Of a DNA stretch of 64,000 nucleotides, positions 20,161 through 30,453 are shown piece after piece. The notes beneath the pieces are model-generated. The model did not search any database. It saw nothing but the letters and a program-made list of their open reading frames with translations, and was not told the DNA's origin. The position numbers and the translations under genes were made by a program. Each line of letters begins with the position of its first letter. Positions within the stretch are counted from its first letter, which is position 1. Source of the stretch: an uncultured Chlamydiae bacterium (GTDB taxonomy: Bacteria > Chlamydiota > Chlamydiia > Chlamydiales > JAJFMB01); contig CAVOJR010000001.1 of NCBI GenBank assembly GCA_963696295.1, positions 2,592,001 to 2,656,000 of the forward strand. Reading direction: 5' to 3'.

Positions 20161-21038
20161 TAACTCTTCCGGTTAATCATTTTGTCTGCAATCTCTCTCA
20201 GCAGCCCGGTGTCGTAGGGGAGGCTTGAGAGATGAGCGAGAGCTTCCTCATGCAGCTCGCGGGCAAGGGAGAGGGCCCGGTCGACCCCGAGGAGGGTGGC
20301 GTAGGTGGTTTTGTTGTTTTGGTTATCGGACGATCGGCCGTGTTTTTCGTGGCTTGCGGTGACATCCAGGGTGTCATCGATGATTTGAAAAATCAATCCC
20401 ACGCTTTTGCCAAACTTTTTTAAGATCTCGATCTCTTCTTTTGCCGCTTTGGCAATGATTCCGCCAAAGGTAAAGGCCGCTTCGAGAAGCGCGGACGTTT
20501 TCCGGTTATGGATCATTTCCAGGGAGGCTAGAGTCAGTTCTTTGCCGTTTGCTTCCAGGTCCATCACTTGCCCTCCGATCATGCCCTCCGAACCTCCGGC
20601 GACCGAAAGGGTCCTGATCAGCTCGATTTTTTGATCGTTGGAGAGCCCCGGGCTTTGAGCGAGCACTTCAAAAGAATAGTTTAGAAGGAAATCTCCGGTT
20701 AAAATGGCATGAGCTTCGGGGTAAACCTTATGCAGCGTCGGTTTGCCCCTTCTGAAATCGTCGTTATCCATTGCAGGCAGATCATCGTGGATCAAAGAGT
20801 AGGCGTGCACCAATTCGAGCGCGCAGGCGGGGTCCAGAGCAGCTTCTTGATCTCCCCGCAGCGCTTCTGTAGCGGCCAGGACTAAAAGAGGGCGGAGGCG
20901 CTTTCCACCGCCGAGAAGGGAGTAGCGCGCTGCGGAAAATAGTGTGTTTTTTTCAGGGATGAGCTCGCCTAATCTCCTATTGATCAGCTCTCTCTTTGAG
21001 AGAAGATAGTCATCGATATGGGTGTTAAGCTTCAACAT
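20160..21038 (-). CDS. ispA: Polyprenyl (farnesyl/geranylgeranyl) diphosphate synthase
   Basis: GGKRLRP, SLIHDDLPAMDNDDFRRG and FQIIDD. Confidence 0.92.
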   Translation of the reverse strand: MLKLNTHIDDYLLSKRELINRRLGELIPEKNTLFSAARYSLLGGGKRLRPLLVLAATEALRGDQEAALDPACALELVHAYSLIHDDLPAMDNDDFRRGKPTLHKVYPEAHAILTGDFLLNYSFEVLAQSPGLSNDQKIELIRTLSVAGGSEGMIGGQVMDLEANGKELTLASLEMIHNRKTSALLEAAFTFGGIIAKAAKEEIEILKKFGKSVGLIFQIIDDTLDVTASHEKHGRSSDNQNNKTTYATLLGVDRALSLARELHEEALAHLSSLPYDTGLLREIADKMINRKS

Positions 21039-22380
21039 GTTCCTTCATTCTACTGATGGCAGGAGGTCTTCCCACGCTGAAATAATCGAATCCTTTGTCC
21101 GCCATCTCCTGGCAGGAGTATTGATTGCGCGCATCGAAAAAGGCCTTGCCCTTCATTTTTTGCAAAATTCCGGAGAAATTGAGAAAGCGGAACTGTTTCC
21201 AGTCGGTCATCAAAACAATGGCGTCGGCGTTTTCCGCAGCTTCCAGCTCGCTCTCGCACCAGGTGATGTCAGGGGTGTCGGGAATGTGCTTTTTGGCGTT
21301 TGGCATGGCGACGGGGTCAAACAGGCGCAAATGAGCGTCGAGTTTCAAAAGCTGGGAAATCAGAGTCAGAGCAGGCGATTCCCGCATATCATCTGTTTCG
21401 GCTTTAAAAGCCAAGCCGAGAATGGCTATGGTGAGACCGTTTTGCCCCTCGAAATAATGTTTGATTTTATTTCCGATGGAGAGGCGCTGCTGCAAGTTCA
21501 CCTTTTCCACGGCATCGACAATCTGCAGGCGGTGGCCGAATTGTTCCGCCTGGTATAGAATTCCTTTTATGTCTTTTGGCAGGCATGATCCCCCAAATCC
21601 GGGCCCGGCATACAGGTATTGGTAGCCGATCCGCTTGTCTGCGCCCATTCCGATGCGGATATTGTTGATATCGGCGCCCGTTCTTTCGCAGAGCTCTGCG
21701 AGCTCATTCATGAATGAGATGCGGGTGGCCAGCATCGCGTTCGAGGCGTATTTGGTGAGTTCGGCAGAGGGGATATCCATGATGAGAAAACGTTCATGGC
21801 TCAACATAAAAGGGGAATAGATTTTTTTCATCAGCTCGATGGCCTCCGGGCTGTCGGAGCCGATGATCACTCTATCCGGTTTCATGAAGTCATTGAGGGC
21901 GTTGCCCTCTTTTAAAAACTCAGGGTTTGAGACGACGTCGAAGGGGATATCGCGCCCTTTCTCTTCCAGGGTCTTTTGGATGATTTCCCTGACGAGTTTA
22001 GCTGTTCCGACAGGCACCGTCGATTTGTTGACGATGACCCGGTACTCGGGCATATGTTCCGCAATCGCTTTTGCGACGCTAGTGACGTAAGTTAAGTTCG
22101 GCTCCCCTTCAGGCCCCACCGGTGTGTCAACAGTAATGAAGCAAATCACCGAATCTTTCACGCATTTGGCATAATCGGTGGAGAAGGTGAGCCTTTTGGC
22201 TTTCACATTGCGCAGGACCATCTCTTCGAGGCCAGGTTCATAGATCGGGATGACCCCCCGGTTGAGAAGGTCTATTTTTGCTTTATCGATATCGAGACAT
22301 GTGACAAGGTGGCCCATTTCAGCCATGCAAGTTCCCGTGACAAGACCTACATAACCTGTACCGATGACAAGTATTTTCAT
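21025..22380 (-). CDS. ugd: UDP-glucose 6-dehydrogenase
   Basis: GTGYVGL, KSTVPVGT, SNPEFLKEG and GFGGSCLPKD. Confidence 0.95.
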   Translation of the reverse strand: MKILVIGTGYVGLVTGTCMAEMGHLVTCLDIDKAKIDLLNRGVIPIYEPGLEEMVLRNVKAKRLTFSTDYAKCVKDSVICFITVDTPVGPEGEPNLTYVTSVAKAIAEHMPEYRVIVNKSTVPVGTAKLVREIIQKTLEEKGRDIPFDVVSNPEFLKEGNALNDFMKPDRVIIGSDSPEAIELMKKIYSPFMLSHERFLIMDIPSAELTKYASNAMLATRISFMNELAELCERTGADINNIRIGMGADKRIGYQYLYAGPGFGGSCLPKDIKGILYQAEQFGHRLQIVDAVEKVNLQQRLSIGNKIKHYFEGQNGLTIAILGLAFKAETDDMRESPALTLISQLLKLDAHLRLFDPVAMPNAKKHIPDTPDITWCESELEAAENADAIVLMTDWKQFRFLNFSGILQKMKGKAFFDARNQYSCQEMADKGFDYFSVGRPPAISRMKEHVEA

Positions 22381-22424
22381 TCAACATCTCTTATGTTTTG
22401 GCTTGGTGGAATTATACCACAAAG

Positions 22425-24557
22425 TTAAAACTCAACGCAAGGGGGCAGATTGCGGAATCTCTTTTCGCTGGGCCGTTTCATGCCGAGGGAAAAGGAGAAG
22501 GCAAAGCGGTCGTCATGCTCAAGGTGCTGATAGGTAAAACGCAAATTCCATGAGGAGCGGATCGTTCCCATGAGGTCCACTTCATATTCAATATACTTAG
22601 GCTCTATCTCCCTGTTCCAGCCCTGCCTTGAGGAAAACTCCAGGACCCAGCAAGGGTGAAAACGGTAGTAAAGATGGACGAGGATCGTGTCGCGGCGGTC
22701 GGAAAGCGAGGAGTGCCTTAGCTCCTCTTCGCTGCGGTAGGAGTCCAAAATAAAGTTAAAATAATCCACTTTGCGCCAATCCCAGGCGTTGCGGTGCCGG
22801 TACTCTGCCGCTATCGCAAAGTCATCATCGAGGGTCCAATCGAGGCGCCAATTCAAATGCGCGATCTGGTTGCGTTGAAAATCCCACGCGGACTCAATGG
22901 TATTTCTAACGCGCGGTGAATATTGATAGCATAGATCGGCGTAGGCTCTCGGAACCGGAAGATCGATCGTCTTTGTATCGATAAAGGCATAGGCATAGAC
23001 ATCCAGCATAAAATTGCGGAAGATACAGCCGCCAACTTCTTTGTCATAGATATTTTGCAGCACGCCAAAACGCAGGGTATTAAGGCGATACCAGCCGTCT
23101 TCAATGTCAAAGATATAGTGCTGATTCGGTTTGGAAGTCGGGAAAGTGTAGTATGAGTATTTGATGTAAGGTTTTATCTGGTGCTTGCTCGCCTGGTAGT
23201 AGCGATGAAAATAGGTGTTGAGTTCGGCGTCGAAAAGTCCGGCGGCCAGAAATTGCGGCTTAAGCTCGGGTGAGTTTTGGTAATAAATGGCCAATCCCCC
23301 GATTTGCGGGGTGAAGGTGACATATTTATGGGAAAAGGGTCTGTAAAGTTGTGTGATGTATTGCACGCGCATCGAGCTGTAATCGCGCACGTTCGGCAGC
23401 TTGTTCGTGTAATCAAAGTCCAAGTAGGAGGCTCTAAAATCGTTATTAATAATAATCGACGTGTTGCCGAGAGTCAGGGGGCGGATATTCGTTTCTATCG
23501 TCGGGAGCTCCTGCTTTAATGTTTGAAAGGTATTGACTCTTGGCCTTGTAATCAAATTGGTAAGCCAAAAGAAATCCTGCCTTCTTATAATCAGCTGAGT
23601 CCTTTCGGCAATGGCAATCTTGAGCTTAATATCTTCATAATCGGTGGCCATATCCTTGTCGCTTAATTTATCGTAATTCAGATTGATGCTGACCTTCTCA
23701 TTCAAAAGAAAATTGCAGTAAGATCCCTGGAACCGGTAGCGGAACCTTTGGCTGAGGTTGCTGATGGAGTTGTCGCGGGCGGCGTAATTGATCATATCAA
23801 AACGCTCCCTTTGGTCGGGAGATTTGTAGTGCACTTCAAAGCCTCCCCCGGGTCCCCGAAATAGGCGGTAATCCAGGCGGAGATAAGTTTTCCAGCAGCC
23901 CCAGCGGAATAGGTCGTACTGGATGCCGAATCGGGTGCCGCGGGTTCCGCCTACGCCGATATAATACCGGATGGGGGTGTCGAAAATAAAATCTAAATTG
24001 ATGTTAAAACAGGGCATTTGGAAGATGGTTTTATTGAAAATGCGGATTTGCAGGTTTTTCGCGCTAAGATAGCAGCCGTTTGTGATCGTCGCTTCTTCAG
24101 CGAGGATTTGCCAGTCATTTTTGATATCTTCCGATGTTGTGAAATAGGCTGCGCGCATTTTGTAGGTGCCGTCGCTGCAAAGGGCGACTCTTTCTCCTCC
24201 GAAATACCAGGGATACATGATCCCTCGGCCGTTTTCGATGATGCCGGTTTTAGTAAGGAAGTCATACTCGATCTTATCCCCGACAATAATGTCGCTGCCA
24301 TATTCGCAGATGACATCCCCTTCCGCTACGACCCGGTGTGTCAGGGTCTGGCGCGTATAGTTGATCCTCCTGGCTTGAAGGCGGATGCCCGGTCCGGTGA
24401 TGACTCCTCCCCGGGACGTTCTGATTTCTCCGTTTGAAATTGTCGGTTCGCGCAAATCGATCGTCACCCCTTCGGTCAGCACAGATTCCAGCAAAGAGGC
24501 ATCGCAGGCATTACGGAAACTGATGAGCAGGAGAAAAATTAGGAAGTAACGCATCAT
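22425..24557 (-). CDS. LptD-like outer-membrane beta-barrel protein
   Basis: Signal peptide; N-terminal OstA-like jellyroll; aromatic beta-strand-rich C-terminus. Confidence 0.65.
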   Translation of the reverse strand: MMRYFLIFLLLISFRNACDASLLESVLTEGVTIDLREPTISNGEIRTSRGGVITGPGIRLQARRINYTRQTLTHRVVAEGDVICEYGSDIIVGDKIEYDFLTKTGIIENGRGIMYPWYFGGERVALCSDGTYKMRAAYFTTSEDIKNDWQILAEEATITNGCYLSAKNLQIRIFNKTIFQMPCFNINLDFIFDTPIRYYIGVGGTRGTRFGIQYDLFRWGCWKTYLRLDYRLFRGPGGGFEVHYKSPDQRERFDMINYAARDNSISNLSQRFRYRFQGSYCNFLLNEKVSINLNYDKLSDKDMATDYEDIKLKIAIAERTQLIIRRQDFFWLTNLITRPRVNTFQTLKQELPTIETNIRPLTLGNTSIIINNDFRASYLDFDYTNKLPNVRDYSSMRVQYITQLYRPFSHKYVTFTPQIGGLAIYYQNSPELKPQFLAAGLFDAELNTYFHRYYQASKHQIKPYIKYSYYTFPTSKPNQHYIFDIEDGWYRLNTLRFGVLQNIYDKEVGGCIFRNFMLDVYAYAFIDTKTIDLPVPRAYADLCYQYSPRVRNTIESAWDFQRNQIAHLNWRLDWTLDDDFAIAAEYRHRNAWDWRKVDYFNFILDSYRSEEELRHSSLSDRRDTILVHLYYRFHPCWVLEFSSRQGWNREIEPKYIEYEVDLMGTIRSSWNLRFTYQHLEHDDRFAFSFSLGMKRPSEKRFRNLPPCVEF

Positions 24558-24561
24558 AAAA

Positions 24562-26391
24562 TTATTGCGCAGCGCGGATCAAAAGGCCTGCGAGCGCGTA
24601 TTTATTTTTTTTGTTGCCTTCGCGGATGGCGTTTAAGAGAATATCAAGACTCTCTTTTTCTTGCATTTGGGCCAACGCTTCAAAGGCTTCGATGAGAAGC
24701 AGGGAAGTTTCTTCCGGGGTTAACTGGTGGGAGGATACTATTTCATTGGAGTTTCTGGGGACGATCGGCCGGAAGCGGATCAGTTCGTTCGTTTGCTCCT
24801 GGGCCACCCATTTTTTCAGGTTTTCCAGATAGGGTCCCGGTTCTTTCAAGCGGTAAAGCGCCAGATTGCAGTAATTGCGAATGAGGGGAGCGCCGGCTTT
24901 TTGCTGATAGGTTTTAAGCATCTGAATCGAGCCCGGCGTTTGCAGTTTTTCCAGCAAATGGACGAGAGTCGGTATCAGCGGGCTTTGATGAGTTTCAAAT
25001 ATCGTGTAAGCCAGATCGAGAAAATCTTTTTCCGGTAAAGCTACCGCTCTCGTTAAGACTTTTTCTTTCAGATGCAAAGAAAGTTCTTTGCTTATGGGGT
25101 CCTCTTTAAAATTCTCCGTGGCAGAGGGAATGATCTTATAAGCTGAGAGGGTTTTGCCTAAAGAGGAAATGGGGGAAAGGCCTAAATCTTTAGAGTCTTT
25201 TAAGAGAAGGTCGCAAAGAGTGGGCAGACAGCGGGCATCCTCCTGTTCGAGCAGGGCTAATGCGGCGTTGAATCGCACTTGCAGATTTGAACTCCTCATC
25301 AAATCCGCCAAAGTTTGGTGCGCTTCCGGAATATGGCCTAAAAGAGCGATAGCAAATAAATTGTGGGAGTTCGCTCCGGCTTCTATCTCTTTCAGCGTTT
25401 CTTTTCTACCGAGCGACCAAAGAGAATTTAAGGCGGCCAGGCGAATGCCGGGAGCGTTGCCCTTAGCCAATTTTTCCAGCTGCGGCACGGAGTATTCATC
25501 TTTCATAATACCTAGGGCGTAGGCGCACACCTCTTGCTGGGCAGGGCTATGATGGGTAGCGAGCTTTCTGATTTTATCGATCAGGTCATCCCTGCCATGC
25601 CTGGCAATGCTCCTTATTGTCTCAATGCGCACCTCTTCATTGGGATTAAAGAGCATTTTTTTCAAAACCTTCATCGCGTCAGCCGTGCCGACGAGGGCGA
25701 ACAACTGCGGAAAAGCGGGATGGATCTCTTTGGGCACCTTATGCATCAGCGCCTCGGCCTGATCGACGACGGTCGGGTACTTTTTTTCCGCGAGAATCAG
25801 GGCGGCTTCCAGGCGTGTGAGAAGGAAATCGGAGGCCATGGCGCTATTGATCGCGCGGTCGGCCAGATCGTTTTGGTAATGGGATAAAAAGTTAAGCGAG
25901 GCGAGTTGAATATCGGGAGAGGGGCTGGCGAGACCCTGCTCAAGCAGTCCTATCATTTTTTCGTTTAACGAGATGCCTGCGCCGAAGATGGCCAGGAGCT
26001 GTTTTTCCGGATCGCTCGAGGTAAAGCCCTCCCTCAAAATGGCAAGGGAGATAGCCTGAACCAATTCGCAGTCATGAAAGCTCTTGAAATTCTCTTTGTA
26101 AGTTTGTATCGCCTGATCGGTAAATCCCCGCTGCAGGTAGTAGAGGATGCGGCTCGACACTTCCTGGTCGATAATTTTGTCAGGAACCACAACGGCAGTT
26201 TCAATTTTGTCAGGAACCACAACGGCAGTTTCAATTTTGTCAGGAACCTCAGCCGCGGTTTCAATATTGTCAGGAAACACATCTGTTATAGATTTCTCTT
26301 TAACAGCGTCATCTGCGGGCGAAATCTCCTCCATGGCAAATAAAGAAAAAGGCAGCAGCAGAAGTAATATTACTCTTTTACATAGTTCCAT
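24562..26391 (-). CDS. Exported HEAT-repeat protein
   Basis: Repeated VR..A..AL helical motifs; signal-like N-terminus. Confidence 0.8.
   Translation of the reverse strand: MELCKRVILLLLLPFSLFAMEEISPADDAVKEKSITDVFPDNIETAAEVPDKIETAVVVPDKIETAVVVPDKIIDQEVSSRILYYLQRGFTDQAIQTYKENFKSFHDCELVQAISLAILREGFTSSDPEKQLLAIFGAGISLNEKMIGLLEQGLASPSPDIQLASLNFLSHYQNDLADRAINSAMASDFLLTRLEAALILAEKKYPTVVDQAEALMHKVPKEIHPAFPQLFALVGTADAMKVLKKMLFNPNEEVRIETIRSIARHGRDDLIDKIRKLATHHSPAQQEVCAYALGIMKDEYSVPQLEKLAKGNAPGIRLAALNSLWSLGRKETLKEIEAGANSHNLFAIALLGHIPEAHQTLADLMRSSNLQVRFNAALALLEQEDARCLPTLCDLLLKDSKDLGLSPISSLGKTLSAYKIIPSATENFKEDPISKELSLHLKEKVLTRAVALPEKDFLDLAYTIFETHQSPLIPTLVHLLEKLQTPGSIQMLKTYQQKAGAPLIRNYCNLALYRLKEPGPYLENLKKWVAQEQTNELIRFRPIVPRNSNEIVSSHQLTPEETSLLLIEAFEALAQMQEKESLDILLNAIREGNKKNKYALAGLLIRAAQ
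26173..26278 (-). repeat. 30-bp in-frame tandem repeat (about 3.5 copies, VPDKIETAVV)
   Basis: aattttgtcaggaaccacaacggcagtttc repeated. Confidence 0.9.
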
Positions 26392-26957
26392 AGATCAATT
26401 CCATGCTTTTGCAACAGCTTTTGTACGGCATTTATGGGAAAACCCATGACATTGTAAAAACAGCCTTCAATTCTGTTCACCAGTAACCCGCCGCATTTTT
26501 GAATGCCGTAGCCTCCGGCTTTGTCGATCCAGATTTTATGAGCCAGATACTGTTCGATTTCAGGCGTTGTGAGGGAATTCAGCAACACTTTCGTCCTTTC
26601 ACAGGCGAAATCGCACCTGTTGTTGCCCAGCAAAGTGATGCCTGAGTAAACTTCATGCCATTTGCCCTGCAATGAGATTAAAGTTTCAAAGGCTTGCAGC
26701 TCATCTTTGGGGATGCCGAAAATTTTACCTTCCTGAAAGACGATGGTATCCGCGGTGAGAATCATTCTATGCGGATATTTAGCCGCCAAATCTTCCGCTT
26801 TACCCCTCGCAATATCAATGACATAGCGGCCGGGATCCCCAAGAAAAGGGACCGACTCCTCTTGGAAAGAAGAGGATATTTGCTCAAAAGGGAGGGAGTA
26901 AAAGCCCAGGATCTCTTTTCGTCTGGGAGAGCGTGAGCCGAGAATCAATGCGTCCAT
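26370..26957 (-). CDS. maf: Maf-family nucleotide pyrophosphatase
   Basis: LGSRSPRR, TADTIV, DKAGGYGIQ and NVMGFP. Confidence 0.93.
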   Translation of the reverse strand: MDALILGSRSPRRKEILGFYSLPFEQISSSFQEESVPFLGDPGRYVIDIARGKAEDLAAKYPHRMILTADTIVFQEGKIFGIPKDELQAFETLISLQGKWHEVYSGITLLGNNRCDFACERTKVLLNSLTTPEIEQYLAHKIWIDKAGGYGIQKCGGLLVNRIEGCFYNVMGFPINAVQKLLQKHGIDLWNYVKE

Positions 26958-26983
26958 AGTGAGATAGGTTATCAGAGCTAACG

Positions 26984-28081
26984 TTAAAAACCCACTATTT
27001 TTAGCCGCTTTTTTCTAAGCTCCCGAGGATCGAGGTGCAGCTCATCTTCCCTTTTTGCCGCCAGCTGTCCGCAGCCTCCGCTGATATCCTGCCCCCGGCT
27101 GTATCGCACCGGAGCTGCGATCGACCGCTCGGTCAGATAGCTTTGGAATTGCCGGATTGGTTCAGCATCAGAGGGATGCATTTCAATACCCGGGAAATTG
27201 TTAATGGGGATCAAATTGACTTTTGCCTTTAATCCGTGCAGAAACTTTACCAATTTTTTGGCATGCTGCAGCGAGTCGTTCACCCCTTTGATCATTACAT
27301 ACTCAAAAGTAATGCCGTATCTCTTTGGCGCCGGATAGGTTAGTAGCACTTTTTTTAATTCTTCCAGGGGGTATTTCCGGTTGACCGGCATCATCTTGCT
27401 TCTTTGCTCCTCATCTGCCGAATGGAGGGAGATCGCCAGGCGGACGGGCAAATCCTTTGCCAGCCGCTCAATTTCCGGTATGAGGCCCGAAGTGGAGATG
27501 GTGACCTTCGATTTGGAGAGGGCAAAGGCTTTTTCATCGATCATGATAGAGCAGGCTTTGACCACTTCATCGTAGTTGTCAAGGGGTTCTCCCATGCCCA
27601 TGAAGACGACATTTGTGATAGGCTCCAACCCAAGCTTTTTTAAACCCGTATTGGCCAACACGATCTGGGCGAGAATCTCGCCGCTGCTCAAATTGCGCTT
27701 GAGCCCCAGCTTGCCGGTTTGGCAAAAAGTGCACCCCATCTTGCATCCAACCTGGCAGCTCAGGCACAAAGTGGAGCGGTTTTCATAGGGCATGACCACC
27801 ATTTCAATCAAAAGATTGTCATGGGTTTTGAGCAGATATTTTTGACTCGAGTCCAGGGAGGTGAGGTGGGAGTCGATAGCGGGCAAGGACCAGTCAAAGT
27901 TATCCTTTAACATTTGCCGGATGGGTTGGGCGAGATTGGTGAAGGTCAGAGGGTCAAGATTCTCCTTTTGAAAAATCCATTGATAGATTTGCAGGGCCGC
28001 AAAGGGGGGAAGATTATTTTGGAGACACCAGTTTTTCCAGTTATCCAAAGAAAAATCTAACGAATAGGGTTTAATTAACAT
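26984..28081 (-). CDS. rlmN: Radical SAM 23S rRNA/tRNA methyltransferase
   Basis: CQVGCKMGCTFC, MGMGEP and DISGGCGQL. Confidence 0.95.
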   Translation of the reverse strand: MLIKPYSLDFSLDNWKNWCLQNNLPPFAALQIYQWIFQKENLDPLTFTNLAQPIRQMLKDNFDWSLPAIDSHLTSLDSSQKYLLKTHDNLLIEMVVMPYENRSTLCLSCQVGCKMGCTFCQTGKLGLKRNLSSGEILAQIVLANTGLKKLGLEPITNVVFMGMGEPLDNYDEVVKACSIMIDEKAFALSKSKVTISTSGLIPEIERLAKDLPVRLAISLHSADEEQRSKMMPVNRKYPLEELKKVLLTYPAPKRYGITFEYVMIKGVNDSLQHAKKLVKFLHGLKAKVNLIPINNFPGIEMHPSDAEPIRQFQSYLTERSIAAPVRYSRGQDISGGCGQLAAKREDELHLDPRELRKKRLKIVGF

Positions 28082-28145
28082 GGAGGTCGTTTTTTAAATT
28101 ATAGTAACAAATTCTATCAACTTCTTTTTTTTTCGTCAATCATTT

Positions 28146-28176
28146 AAAAAAAAAGGCCCCGCTTTTGGCGAGGCCT
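28146..28176 (-). terminator. Intrinsic terminator after omcB
   Basis: Minus strand AGGCCTCGC-CAAAA-GCGGGGCC followed by T9. Confidence 0.85.
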
Positions 28177-28200
28177 CTAGAGTAAGAAAAATTAAACTGT

Positions 28201-29748
28201 TTAATAGACTTGCGTGCTTTCCTGTTGCGTTATCGGCGTGGTGATTGTTTCGGAGCTGACTTCGACAACCACGCGGCCTTCACCCGATTCTTTACCTTTG
28301 CCATCGACTCTCAAGTTGAGGCATTGTTTTGGCCACATCGTGGCAACGTGGAAAGTGACTGTATTTCCCGATACAGTTCCTTTAATATCTCCAGTAACTC
28401 CTATAGGCTGAACCTCTTTTGGGAAGCGGACGACCGCTTTCACATTAGAGTCCGGCTCAGGGCCCTGGTTTGTCAATTGGATATTATAGCTTGTCGAATC
28501 ATTGATGCAGATCGGGTCTTCTGTATCGCTGATGCGGACATGCAGGGAAGGGCGCCCTTTCCAACGGGTTGTCAGATCTGCGCAGCCATTGACTCCTTCA
28601 TAGGTATTAACAGTAGCCCGGTTTGTGACACAGCCCGGTGTGCAGGTTGTCAATGTGATGCCGAAAGTCACTTTCTCTCCGGGCTTCAGCTCTTTCAATT
28701 TCCAGACAGCCTGGTTGCCGCGAACCGTGGCGCCGTTAGCGGACACAATGGAAGTCGAATTAGCTGCGCTATCGCTTACAATAACGTTAGTGAGCGGCAG
28801 ATCTCCCTCATTTGTGACTGTGATTTGATAATCGGCATTTTTACCTAAAGTTTGCTCTTTTGGTCCCGTTTTGGCAATTTTCACATCGCAGCAGCAGATC
28901 GTAGTGCATGCCTGGCAGGATGCGGAATCCGCGTTGCAGGCAGTCACAACCGCCGTATTGCAGATATTACCTCTTTTTTTAGCGCAAAGAGTGATATCGA
29001 CACTTTTGCTTTCGCAAGGGGCAACGGTGCCAAAATTGTAGCAAACAGCCTTTTGGCCGCTGGAGTGCTCAAGACCGTCAGGAATATTATTCGTTAAAAC
29101 AACATTTTCTGCAGCGCAGCTGCCTTTATTTGTAACGGTGAAATGATAGGTGATCATTTCGCCCGGACCCGCTTTGGCAGGTCCGCAATTTTGGCAAACC
29201 AGTCTTGGCTTGGCGCAAACTAAAGAGCAGAAGCTGACAGGAGTCGCTTTTCCGCAGAAAGAAGCGCACAGTTCCCCTTCACACTCGCATTTGATCCATA
29301 CTTTTGCCAAAATACATTGACCGCATTTCATGGGGCCTATGTTCCATGTCAATACACTTCCTTCCGCTTTGGCCTCCGGAGCGCTCTTTATATAAGTCAC
29401 GCCTTCCGGTAATTGAGCATTAACCACGACGTCGCAAACGTCCTCGCAAGCTCTAATTTCAAATTCCAGCGGATACTGATCTCCCAGCAGGCACATTTTT
29501 GGGTTGGTGGCACGTATGATCAGGCCGTCGCGGCATTTCATTTCATTGACGTTAGGAAAACGGCATTTTGTGGAAGCCGGACAGAGCTCGTCGCAAACGA
29601 CGGGAGGCGCTTGATATTGGGTTTGATAAACAGGCTGAGAGCAGTTATTATAACTGCATCGCCCTTTATTGGATGCATTCCCCGACCATAACATGGTTGT
29701 TGTCACCATGATAAGCAGAGATGCGAATGTTACGATATATTTCTTCAT
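28201..29748 (-). CDS. omcB: Large cysteine-rich outer-membrane complex protein
   Basis: Very Cys-rich; DUF11-like repeats; DTEDPIC; C-terminal ESTQVY; downstream of omcA. Confidence 0.9.
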   Translation of the reverse strand: MKKYIVTFASLLIMVTTTMLWSGNASNKGRCSYNNCSQPVYQTQYQAPPVVCDELCPASTKCRFPNVNEMKCRDGLIIRATNPKMCLLGDQYPLEFEIRACEDVCDVVVNAQLPEGVTYIKSAPEAKAEGSVLTWNIGPMKCGQCILAKVWIKCECEGELCASFCGKATPVSFCSLVCAKPRLVCQNCGPAKAGPGEMITYHFTVTNKGSCAAENVVLTNNIPDGLEHSSGQKAVCYNFGTVAPCESKSVDITLCAKKRGNICNTAVVTACNADSASCQACTTICCCDVKIAKTGPKEQTLGKNADYQITVTNEGDLPLTNVIVSDSAANSTSIVSANGATVRGNQAVWKLKELKPGEKVTFGITLTTCTPGCVTNRATVNTYEGVNGCADLTTRWKGRPSLHVRISDTEDPICINDSTSYNIQLTNQGPEPDSNVKAVVRFPKEVQPIGVTGDIKGTVSGNTVTFHVATMWPKQCLNLRVDGKGKESGEGRVVVEVSSETITTPITQQESTQVY

Positions 29749-29940
29749 TATAAAAACTCCTTAGTCAAGGGAAAGTGTCTGCAGATTGACAAACACTTAT
29801 ACTCAAGTAACCTTAGGCTCCCAAAAAGACTTCGTTCTGTTATAGCTTTTTGAGATCCACCGAGGCAAGAAAGGGTTTTCTTGGCTGGGTGGACCAACAT
29901 GCCGGAGCATGTTGGCTGTAAGCTTAACTTCTGCTCACAA

Positions 29941-30162
29941 TTAACGGCAGCAGCCGCCGCATGGTTGGCATGGTTGTGGGCATACATTGCATGATGGAGC
30001 GCATGGTGCTGGGCAAGCGCATGGACATGGATCACATGAACATGGTTGTGGGCAGCAAGAAGGTGCGCATGTGTCGCAGCAAGAGCCGCAACCACGATCA
30101 GAACAGCAGCTTGTTAAAGCAAATGCAGTCATAGCAATAGCTAAAATGTTAAACAGTTTCAT
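29941..30162 (-). CDS. omcA: Small cysteine-rich outer-membrane lipoprotein
   Basis: ALTSC lipobox followed by a Cys/Pro-rich chain; AAGGAG SD. Confidence 0.9.
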   Translation of the reverse strand: MKLFNILAIAMTAFALTSCCSDRGCGSCCDTCAPSCCPQPCSCDPCPCACPAPCAPSCNVCPQPCQPCGGCCR

Positions 30163-30453
30163 AACTTAACTCCTTATATTGGTTGTTTATAGGTAGTGAA
30201 AAAAAAATTTCTCTACTTTTTTTTCCATAATGATAACGAGGGGGCCTATAAGCCTTCGTTGCCACTATGGAATGGTTTACTTCCACTAGATACGCTTTTC
30301 CGTAATAATATGGCTAGAGAAAATTAAAAAAATTTCTGATTTTTTTTCTTTTCCTTCCATTTCTCGCGGGTCGTTCGTATTCCAGCGATCTTGCCATCTA
30401 AACATTTTGATAAGAAACTTTAGGAATTTGGTAAAGAAAAATCTTTGCTTTTT

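Noticed and set aside
29748..30095. His/Ala-rich 115-aa ORF
   Set aside because: It is an alternative frame of omcA, which has the lipobox and the SD.
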